A DNA stretch of 13,992 nucleotides, from NCBI GenBank assembly GCA_030141605.1, contig JAQGDQ010001443.1, forward strand, positions 1-13,992, given 5' to 3'. A program made the translations under genes and the position numbers. Source of the stretch: Tubiluchus corallicola. Lineage: Eukaryota > Animalia > Priapulida. Positions 1-8,715 of the stretch are shown piece after piece. Numbering within the stretch: the stretch's first letter is position 1; each line of letters opens with the position of its first letter. The notes under the pieces are model-generated. The model saw nothing but the letters and a program-made list of their open reading frames with translations, did no database searches and was not told the DNA's origin.

Positions 1-38
<38 letters not shown>

Positions 39-42
39 AGAG

Positions 43-104
<62 letters not shown>

Positions 105-108
105 AGAG
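1..108. repeat. (GA)n microsatellite, truncated by window start
   Basis: Near-pure GA dinucleotide run seen directly. Confidence 0.98.
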
Positions 109-1161
109 GTGATGATGAGTCTTTATTAGCCTCTTTTTGCAGACCAAAATTTCTGTACAGACATTATACAATTTTACACAGACACTAGGCATAGTGAATT
201 CTACTATATTGCATTTACGGATTCTGTAATTAGCTTTTCTAATTTGTGCGCATAACATTATTTACAGCGATGTTAAACAAGAAGTATTGAAGTGCGTGCT
301 AAAATCAAGTTTATTAATGCAGCAAGTTTCCTGTGAGGTAACATAAAAATGCAGATAAATTGATATACCAAATTATTAGATTCCAATTCAATATTTAAAT
401 CCACAAGAACTACACAAATTTAATTCCTATTTCACTAAAAATTAACAACAGGATTTTAAAATAAAAGGGTCATTTACAAAGTAGGTTACTAGCGATATTA
501 AATTTTCATTTTTGCTCCAATACACAAGATTGAATTTCTCATTTCCCAGTTCATTCTCATTTCCCATTTTCCAGTAGGTTGACATTTTGGGCTTTTAGAA
601 TCACTCGATGAGCATCTATAGGTCAAGTTTCTGGAGTGTTTTGGGCTTTTATACTGATTTGTGCAATTCTAAGCTCTAGTTCAATTCTTCAATTTTATTT
701 TTCAACTGCATTTAAATCTTGTGTATTGGACCAAAAATGAAAATTTAATATCGGCACTAACCTACTTTGTAAATGACCTTTATATTTTAAGATCCTGCTG
801 TTAATTTTTAGCAAAATAGCGGGGATTAAATTTGTGTAGTTCATGGGATTACTGATTGGAACTCTTGTGGATTTAAACATTGAATTGGAATTTAATAATT
901 TGGTATATCAATTTATCTGCATTTTTATGTTACTTCACAGGAAACTTGCTGCATTAATAAACTTGATTTTAGCACACACTTCAATACTTCTTGTTTAATA
1001 TCACTGTAAGAAATGTTATACGTACAAATTAGAAAAGCTAATTACAGAATCCGTAAATGTAATATAGTAGAATTCACTCTGTATAGTGTCTATGTAAAAT
1101 TGTATAATGTTAGTACAGATATTTCTGCCTGCAAAAAGAGGCTAATAAAGACATATCATCA
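109..1161. mobile_element. Foldback / long inverted-repeat element (arms about 109-532 and 715-1161, spacer about 180 bp)
   Basis: The arms are diverged reverse complements, e.g. CTTTATTAGCCTCTTTTTGCAG (121) vs CTGCAAAAAGAGGCTAATAAAG (1129), and CCAATACACAAGATT (517) vs AATCTTGTGTATTGG (715). The right arm has an extra ~22 bp at about 843-864. The mobile-element label is inference. Confidence 0.8.
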
Positions 1162-1455
<294 letters not shown>

Positions 1456-1860
1456 CTTCTGCGAAACTTGCTGTATTTATAACCTTGATTTTAGCACTCA
1501 CTTTAATACTGTCGAACTGAGACAAGGACCCACTTCTGGAGACCCGATTCAGAAGAGATTCTGCAGATTATCTAAGCTATAGAATTAGAAGACAACATCA
1601 ATAATTATGATGCGTTTGCGACATGCACCTGTTTATCTTATGTATAAATGGGTGTCAAACGTAAAACTGCCTTAATTTTTATTTTTAATTATGATTCCTA
1701 CTGTATTATTAATTATAATAGACTACTAATTACAGTAGCACTTAACATTAATAGTGCAACTGAAGTATATTATATTGATAATAAAGGAAACCAAATAATT
1801 TAAAGTTTATTTATGTAACTACAAAAAAGTGGTTACATAAAGAATTACAACAAACGTTAA

Positions 1861-2409
1861 AGGAAAAGCGGAGACGATTGTTTAGACTCGATCTCATTTT
1901 AATTTACTGTCCAAAATATGCATTTTCTTGCCTACAAAAGTTGACAATTGTTTCATATATTTGAATAATCAGCTTAGAAAGTTAATTAACGGCAATCGAA
2001 CACGGCTATTGCTTACATCAGAAACTAACCACAGTTTGTGGTATGGCAGGCATCTTCCCTTGCGCGTCAAACACATTTGCGTAAGTGTTACAGTACTGTA
2101 AACGCGTGATGTCACGAAAAATGGGCTCTACGTAATATGACGTCAGAAACTAACACAGCAGTTTATGATCATGCTTATCACGGTACCGCCTTCTATTTGT
2201 CGGCCACGCGAATGTGACAAAAAGGTGCCTCTGCCAATCTTAGTAGATTCACTGAGCTGCGCGTAGCTTTGAAAGTTTAACGAAATTTGAGTTTCCGAGG
2301 TAATTATTATTTAATCTAAGCTTTGATTTAAAATAATCAATTGTAGTTTTCAATATTTTGGAGCATTCTTTATTCTGAAGTAATGTTTACACAATCGTCC
2401 GGTTTTCCT
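1861..2409. mobile_element. Non-autonomous Kolobok-like DNA transposon (MITE)
   Basis: TTAA on both sides (1857-1860 and 2410-2413). Imperfect TIRs: AGGAAAAGCGGAGACGATTGTTTAGAC vs AGGAAAACCGGACGATTGTGTAAAC (reverse complement of the right end). A TTAA target duplication with purine termini fits Kolobok rather than piggyBac. Confidence 0.7.
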
Positions 2410-2431
2410 TTAAATAAATTTAAACAATCAC

Positions 2432-2694
2432 CTTTTTGAAAGTGGCCGGTACCGTCTGACGAATCTTGCCAGTTTTACTGTCAGCCGTAACAACAGCTCG
2501 TAACGGCAACTCCGATCCTTTCAGCCTTCCGGAAACGACAATCTCACTTCCGTTGAAATAATTCAGGAACGAAGAGCGGCTCGTGTCGCTGACTTCGCGT
2601 CCGGCTGCATCGTAGTACTTGATCGCGACGTTCGACAGAGCAGAAGAGGAGATCTCTTCGTAGAACTCTCTTAACTGTGATGCGGCATTGACAC
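2432..2694 (-). CDS. ITIH-like protein, internal exon 4 of 4 seen (post-vWA region)
   Basis: Acceptor ttccacag. Translates (G)VNAASQLREFYEEISSSALSNVAIKYY...FLNYFNGSEIVVSGRL...ATFKK, matching the ITIH motifs QLxxFYxEV and FxGSExVVxGxL. Donor AAG|gtgatt is less certain than the acceptor. Not in the ORF track. Confidence 0.88.
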
Positions 2695-2912
2695 CTGTGG
2701 AAGTCGGAATTGTACATTTTAATTAGGTGCTGCCATCTATGGGCTAATCCTGTTACATTCTACCAGCTGACTTACCCCCAGTATAATTGTATGGTCCAGT
2801 GAATGCATATTCACTGGTTTTCTCCCTATTTTAAAGTAATGGTTGTTGTGAAGCCTTTGCAAGTCTGCATAGGTCACCTGTACCTATATATACTGACTGG
2901 TTTTGCTTTCTA

Positions 2913-3327
2913 GTCACTCTCTCACTCTCAGTGTTCAGTGCAGCAGACTCTCACTCTCACTCTCATTGTTCAGTACAGGAGACTCTCACTCTCACTCTCA
3001 GTGCTCAGTGCAGGACTCTCTCACTCTCTCACTCTCAGTGTTCAGTGCAGGAGACTCTCACTCTCAGTGTTCAGTGCAGGACACTCTCACTCTCAGTGTT
3101 CAGTGCAGGAGACTCTCACTCTCAGTGCTCAGTGCAGGACTCTCTCACTCTCTCACTCTCAGTGTTCAGTGCAGGAGACTCTCACTCTCAGTGTTCAGTG
3201 CAGGACACTCTCACTCTCAGTGTTCAGTGCAGGAGACTCTCACTCTCAGTGTTCAGTGCAGGACACTCTCACTCTCAGTGTTTAGTGCAGCAGTCTGTCA
3301 CTCTCACTCTCAGTGTTCAGTGCAGCA
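2913..3327. repeat. Minisatellite, about 29-41 bp variable unit (CTCTCACTCTCAGTGTTCAGTGCAGGAGA), about 13 copies
   Basis: Direct tandem repetition with a variable number of CTCTCA subunits; intronic. Confidence 0.95.
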
Positions 3328-3486
3328 GTCATGCTACTCATGTGTCTGTAGTTTAATAAACACTTTTCAGTTGTGTGCAGTGCAAATATGTATTATAGAT
3401 TTTCTATTCTTGTTCATATATCTGTGCCTAAACTCAATCATAACAAAGTGAGTGATCTACAACTTCAAACATGACTTTCACAACAC

Positions 3487-3765
3487 CTGTGTAGATCTTT
3501 CTCGCCTTTCCGTTGTTCTCCGCCGCCAGCTTTTCCAGAAAAGTGAAATTCAACTGCTCCCCGAATCCCAGACTAAAGAGAGAAAAGGGGCGCCTGACCC
3601 CGGTCTTTTTCTTGCCCACGTTTGCCAGTATTTTAGCAAAGTTTCGCTCCCCGGCTGTTGGATCGCCGTCGGTCAGAAAGAAGATCATCGCTTGTCCAAC
3701 GGTCAAGCTGTCAAACTCGGAAAACAGCGAAATTCCTTGCAAGAGAGCAGAGTTGATGTTCGTGC
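3487..3765 (-). CDS. ITIH-like protein, internal exon 3 of 4 seen (vWA domain C-terminal half)
   Basis: Acceptor ttttgcag; 279 nt, phase 1 to phase 1. Translates (S)TNINSALLQGI...MIFFLTDGDPTAGE...FSLFSLGFGEQLNFTFLEKLAAENNGKARKIYT, with the ITIH motifs TNIN, LTDGDPT.GE, LGFG and FLEKLA. Donor CAG|gtgttg. Confidence 0.93.
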
Positions 3766-3835
3766 CTGCAAAACAAACCTTGATTCATTTATGCATTTTA
3801 CACTTTCTACAGGGTTGTCCAGAAAAAAGGTTCTA

Positions 3836-4330
3836 TAGTAAACTCCGCATAACTCAAATCCAAACGGACTGAAAAAAACATTGAGTTAGGCGATGTTGAC
3901 CATTTTTCAGCATAGAAACTCTAAACCCCTCCTCCAGATGAGGTAATGTTGACCATTTTTCAGCATAGAAACTCTAAACCCCTCCTCCAGACGGAGAGCT
4001 AAAGAGAAGCGAGAAAGTCAACCGTTTTACACTCAAACGACGAGATTTGATAACAATAACAATTACATTCATTATTTTATGTTACAAAAGGACACGTACA
4101 TTTCATGGAAGGATTAATCCCTGAGAAAATAATTGGGGGGGGGGGCATATTGTAAAACGTCAGAATTTTCCCAGAAGATGATATACTGTTTTTGAGTTGT
4201 AGGAAACTTGGTTTTCTAGAATATAAATTGCGCTATTGAGTTAGTGGAAGCAAATTACATGTATTTTGATTAAATGAACCATAATTTTTTATTTGAATTA
4301 GGCGAAATTTTGAGTTAAGCGATGCTCCTG
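3836..4330. mobile_element. Degenerate Tc1/mariner-pogo-like MITE with internal 46 bp duplication (3893-3938, 3946-3991)
   Basis: TA flanks. Left end TAGTAAACTCCGCATAACTCAAA vs reverse-complemented right end CAGGAGCATCGCTTAACTCAAA. Subterminal TTGAGTTA motifs are repeated. Family assignment is inference. Confidence 0.5.
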
Positions 4331-4453
4331 TAAAGTCCATAGCAACCAACATTTGTGCGGTTGCTAAGTGCTTTATAGAAGCCCAACAAAATACAGTGGC
4401 TGACTTTAACAGCGACTTTCTCAGGATTATGTTTTTCAGCGCACAGCCTGCAC

Positions 4454-4740
4454 CTCAACTTCAACGTGGATTATCTTAGCTTAGTAATAACATAGAGCGA
4501 TGAACTTGGTATCAAAATGATAATCATGAAATGGAGATTCAGGATGTGTGAATAACTAGAAAAGCTTAATTGCCGACCTATGGACGACTTTCCTATGCAA
4601 GCTCACACAAACAGAGCTCAACTTCAACGTGGATTATCTCAGTTTAGAAATAACATGGAATGATGAACTTGGTATCGAAATTATCCTCGTGAAATGGAGA
4701 TTCAGGATATGTGAATAACTAGAAAAGCTTAATTGCCGAC
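4454..4740. repeat. Diverged direct duplication, about 124 bp copies at 163 bp period
   Basis: CTCAACTTCAACGTGGATTATCT...TAGAAAAGCTTAATTGCCGAC at 4454-4577 and 4617-4740; a further fragment lies near 4934-4950. Confidence 0.9.
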
Positions 4741-5161
4741 TTAGGTACGATTTTGCTAAGCAAACACTAATATGAAGTTGAAATAACATCAAAGTCACAA
4801 AACAAATCGTGCATGATTTCGCTGCTTGAATTTAAATTGGTGATTTTGATATGCAAGCACGCAATTTAGTAATGCAGTACTTGAATTATCAGTCACTTCT
4901 GATAAGCAGAAAACATCAAATTATTGATCTACATAGAAAAGCTTAATTGCTGTTGACAATTATGTTAGTTTGTGATGTCATCAATAATTGGGCTCGCCCG
5001 CCTTTAATTAAGTTTTTAACCTATTATTTAATTATCAGAAACACTTTTGCATTATTAATTGTGTGTTAAAATGCATGCTTTTTATATGACTTGTCCCCTT
5101 AACGTAGATTAGCAGAGAGGCTGGTATAACAAAATTCTACTGTATGTTATTTATTATATTT

Positions 5162-5325
5162 CAGGGGATAGCGCGAACGCAGTCCCCCACTACCAGAAAT
5201 TATACACCCGAGTTCCCTCGATTTGAGAGAATCGCAGGGGTCAACCCAACCGAAGTGCAATGGGAAGGTCTCGCCCCGGAGGATCCACCTTCTTGATCAT
5301 GGAAACCTCTGTGCCAGGTAAGTAT
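5162..5325 (-). ncRNA. RNU1: U1 spliceosomal snRNA, full length (164 nt)
   Basis: Minus strand starts ATACTTACCTGG. SL1 loop GATCAAGAAG, SL2 loop ATTGCAC, SL3 TTCTCTC/GAGGGAA, Sm site AATTTCTGG, and SL4 GGGGACTGCG-TTCG-CGCTATCCCC are all present and the stems pair. Confidence 0.97.
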
Positions 5326-5347
5326 GCTCTGTAGCGAAACGCCATGG

Positions 5348-5355
5348 TATATAAA
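5348..5355 (-). promoter_or_regulatory. TATA-like box (TTTATATA) at -30 to -23 of U1
   Basis: Minus strand reads GCTTTATATA followed by 22 nt to the U1 +1. No PSE could be identified by eye. Confidence 0.5.
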
Positions 5356-5763
5356 GCAAAGTTGGATGCAACTGCCTGTGGTGGTTTAGGAATTTCGTGT
5401 ACTATTTAGAAATTGTTTGTGGTGTGTTAACGCTTCTGCTGCAACTCATGACTAACTGCTTGTAGTGTGCAAGTGTTAAGTGACGCTGTGCATAGTTACT
5501 TTAGATATAAGACAAAGTGCTATTGTAATTTAATATATAATAATTGTAATTATTATCATAACAAGAAAAAATTTACATGGCATGGCAAAAGCAAAGTTTG
5601 AACAGCACATTACATCTAACTGGTTTTTAAACTTTATATGAAAAGTCATCCTGTCTTCCTTTAAGGAGTCTCCTAACAACGGATGACCGATACCAATTTT
5701 GCACCTTTACGATGCCCCCCCCCCACCAACAAGTAATAAAGATTCGAAGAGACGATAACTTAC

Positions 5764-5929
5764 TAGCTCCTGCCCGCATGTTGGCTATGAACCGCTTGGC
5801 TTCACTGACCGTTGTGTGGTTGACCGGTTTCGGAACTCTGTCATTCCAATGATATACGCGACTGCTGAACGTTATGAGATTCACAAAATCTCCGCCATTC
5901 AACCGCTCTAGTATACCTGTCATTGCTTC
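5764..5929 (-). CDS. ITIH-like protein, internal exon 2 of 4 seen (vWA domain)
   Basis: Acceptor ttttatag|GAA; 166 nt, phase 0 to phase 1. Translates EAMTGILERLNGGDFVNLITFSSRVYHW...SEAKRFIANMRAGA. Donor A|gtaagt joins in frame to GC ACG AAC of the next exon. Confidence 0.92.
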
Positions 5930-6546
5930 CTATAAAATATGTTTAGAATGTTATTGCCAGACCTCATTTTACTCCTTTAAACAACAGGTCACCCATCCAA
6001 GTACTAACCAGGCTCTACGTTGGCTAACTTCAGTGATCAGACCTGTCATTGCTTCCTATAAAATATGTTTAGAATGCTATTGCCAGACTTTATTTTACTG
6101 CTTTAAACAACGGGTCACCCATCCAAGTACTAACCAGGCTCTACGTTGGCTAACTTCGGTGATCAGACCTGTCATTGCTTCCTATAAAATACGTTTAGAA
6201 TGCTATTGCCAGACCTCATTTTACTCCTTTAAACAACAGGTCACCCATCCAAGTACTAACCAGGCTCTACGTTGGCTAACTTCGGTGATCAGACCTGTCA
6301 TTGCTTCCTATAAAATACGTTTAGAATGCTATTGCCAGACCTCATTTTACTCCTTTAAACAACAGGTCACCCATCCAAGTACTAACCAGGCTCTACGTTG
6401 GCTAACTTCGGTGATCAGACCTGTCATTGCTTCCTATAAAATACGTTTAGAATGCTATTGCCAGAGCTCATTTTACTCCTTTAAACAACAGGTCACCCAT
6501 CCAAGTACTAACCAGGCTCTACGTTGGCTAACTTCGGTGATCAGAC
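5915..6546. repeat. Tandem array, 5 x 126 bp, containing exon start, splice acceptor and 5S rRNA fragment
   Basis: Units start at 5915, 6041, 6167, 6293 and 6419 and are nearly identical. Confidence 0.97.
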
Positions 6547-6580
6547 GAGAACCGGTGTTTTCAACGCGATTTGGCCGTAG
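6491..6580 (-). pseudogene. 3'-truncated 5S rRNA pseudogene or 5S-derived SINE head (about nt 3-92 of 5S)
   Basis: Minus strand CTACGGCCAAATCGCGTTGAAAACACCGGTTCTCGTCTGATCACCGAAGTTAGCCAACGTAGAGCCTGGTTAGTACTTGGATGGGTGACC aligns to metazoan 5S; similarity ends after box C. Confidence 0.9.
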
Positions 6581-6931
6581 TATAATTAAGTAAAGTCCAT
6601 ATAAAATACCGAAGTTAGTGAAGTGTGCTGCTGTGGTATACTTAACTTTTATACCTACAGCAACTGAGCATGCGCATAGCGAAACCGTGAAAAGGCTTAT
6701 TTGCATGGAGATTTGAATAAATATCTTCAAAAATACATTTAAAATGACTTAAGGTGACAGGAAATTCTTTTACCGTGAGTATGATAAACGCTTAAGATTG
6801 CCTCTAACTGCTATGATTCTTTAGCGAAAATTTTCCGAGATTTGTTTAAAAAGTATACTGATGATGACTTCGCATCCTGAAGACTTGCATTAAAGGACAA
6901 GAAAAGGCCTAGTTAAACAAGTCTCGGAAAA

Positions 6932-7245
6932 TTCCTGTGTCTACATTTGACTTACCTAAGTCACATTTGAACTTTCCTGTGTCTACATTTGACTTACCTA
7001 AGTCACATTTGAACTTTCCTGTGTCTACATTTGACTTACCTAAGTCACATTTGAACTTTCCTGTGTCTACATTTGACTTACCTAAGTCACATATGAACTT
7101 TCCTATGTCTACATTTGACTTACCTAAGTCACATTTGAACTTTCCTGTGTCTACATTTGACTTACCTAAGTCACATTTGAACTTTCCTGTGTCTACATTT
7201 GACTTACCTAAGTCACATTTGAACTTTCCTGTGTCTACATTTGAC
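6932..7245. repeat. 42 bp minisatellite, about 7.5 copies
   Basis: Unit TTCCTGTGTCTACATTTGACTTACCTAAGTCACATTTGAACT, almost invariant. Confidence 0.97.
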
Positions 7246-7328
7246 GTGTAAAACCTATAATACACCTTTTTTACTACTAGTACAACTGAGTGACTCAAAA
7301 CTGCGTAAAAATTCCAGCTTCTAGGATC

Positions 7329-7651
7329 AACGTGTTTATTGATCGTTTCGGCTATTGAAGCCATTTCCAAACTGCAAATGAAGCCAAGAAGAAGAATAAA
7401 CAATACATTAATGATACAAAGGCACAAACTGAAAGTACAAAGGAGAAGACTAGAATTTAACTTATCAAAAAAACTAGTTTCCTTTCGTCGAAATCTAGTT
7501 TAATTTGATAAGTTAAATTCTAATCTGTTGTTTTGTAGTTTCATTTTGAGCCTTTGTATCATTCATGTATCATTTATTGTTCTTTTTGGCTTCATTTATA
7601 GTCTGATAATGGCTTCAGCAGCCGAAACGATCGTCACTCAATAAACATGTT
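7329..7651. repeat. Long imperfect palindrome (hairpin MITE-like), arms about 150 bp, very short loop near 7485
   Basis: GATCGTTTCGGCT (7341) vs AGCCGAAACGATC (7620); TAGAATTTAACTTATCAAA (7451) vs TTTGATAAGTTAAATTCTA (7504). Confidence 0.9.
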
Positions 7652-7751
7652 AAATGCATTTCATTCAACAGGGGTCAAGGTCAACAAATCTCGGATCGAC
7701 AAACAAACACAATTCAGTTTGTCTCATTCTGTCTTTCGTAAAGTAACTTAC

Positions 7752-7874
7752 TTGAAGTTGTTTGATTCGCTGACCAGTCATCGAGCCGCTTACATCCAAG
7801 ATGAAAACAACGTGCTTGTTGATTGGTGGAAGGCCTTCGGGGGCCAGAAAATGTGTAAAATGATCTCCTGAAGT
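7752..7874 (-). CDS. ITIH-like protein, internal exon 1 of 4 seen (start of vWA domain, MIDAS DxSxS)
   Basis: Acceptor ttttttcag, donor CAA|gtaagt; 123 nt, phase 0 to phase 0. Translates TSGDHFTHFLAPEGLPPINKHVVFILDVSGSMTGQRIKQLQ, matching ITIH FxHxxAPxxL...VVFVIDxSGSM. Not in the ORF track. Confidence 0.93.
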
Positions 7875-7958
7875 CTGAAAAAATAATTATGCTGAGAACA
7901 CGCTCACATCGTATAAACTTGACAAATTGTTAATTAATTATTATGTCAGCACTAACAA

Positions 7959-8610
7959 TATTATTATTATTATTATTACTATTATTATTAGTTTATTTCG
8001 TATAAAAACTATACAGTTTACAAAAATAAAGATGTTAGTAAAACGGGTAATGCGATGTTAGTAAAGTAACATATCTACAGACATTCAACTTTATAATAAC
8101 CACACCTTGTAGTTCCCTTGTAATTATATTACATTATACAGTGTTGTAAGGAGCTATAATAGGTATCTTAAAACAATCTTTAAATGACTTCTTAACCTTC
8201 AATTTTACATTTTCGTTTAGATCTGCAGCACAACCATATTTAAATCTTAAATTTACTTGACTGTTATTTACATAGTAGCATAGCTTTGGAATTCTCAATG
8301 TGCAAGAGTTTACAATTTTTCTCACAAAGTTTAATTTTCGACTATCTATTAAATAATTCGCAGGCATTGTGCCACAAAAATACATTAACAATTTCACGCT
8401 TTCATTTTGTCTAAAACTGAATATTTTTCTATAAGCAGTGTTCCATTTTACCCTAATGGTATCAACTTCATTGTTTGATATACCCCCAATTTCGCATCCG
8501 TATAATAAAATGGGTAGACAATATGTAGTGATCAGAGTTTTAGCTACTATGTCATTACGATCATGGCTCATACTTGAGAGAATATTGCAAGCAATTAAAA
8601 TTAATTTAAT
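7959..8610 (-). mobile_element. 5'-truncated LINE (RTE-X/RTE-like ORF2 C-terminus, 3' UTR and (TAA)n tail)
   Basis: ORF 8134-8571 has YCLPILLYGCE and WNTAYRKIF motifs typical of the post-RT region of LINE ORF2; it ends in AATAAA followed by (TAA)n on the minus strand. The 5' boundary and clade are approximate. Confidence 0.8.
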
Positions 8611-8649
8611 TTTTACACCGAACTTGAAAGACAGGGATTGTGAAAAGGT

Positions 8650-8715
8650 TGGAATGCAGCCTGATTTGAACCAGAGACCTTCTGCATACAGGTTACCTTA
8701 GATCACTAGGTGATC
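8650..8715 (-). mobile_element. Degenerate tRNA-derived SINE head
   Basis: Minus strand has B-box GGTTCAAATC and a decayed A-box-like TCACCTAGTGATCTAAGG at tRNA-like spacing; no intact cloverleaf. Confidence 0.35.

Noticed and set aside
2776-2877. Possible 102 nt cassette exon ending in G|GTAAGT on the minus strand
   Set aside because: No pyrimidine tract at the acceptor, an in-frame TAA in the required phase, and the ITIH alignment is continuous without it.
2903-3451. Three overlapping repetitive ORFs
   Set aside because: A stop-poor minisatellite open in all frames, antisense within an intron.
3452-3872. Plus-strand ORFs of 128 and 119 aa
   Set aside because: Antisense shadows of the ITIH exon.
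5088-5102. Possible Kolobok right end (GACTTGTCCCCTTAA)
   Set aside because: No matching left terminus was found nearby.
6491-6582. Functional 5S rRNA gene or 5S array
   Set aside because: About 28 nt are missing from the 3' end, and the repeated copies also lack the 5' third.
5874-6593. 239 aa ORF with 42 aa repeats
   Set aside because: Antisense reading of a 126 bp unit made of 5S, intron and exon sequence.
6909-7427. ORFs with 14 aa repeats on both strands
   Set aside because: The 42 bp unit is a multiple of three, intronic, and shows no coding-type divergence.
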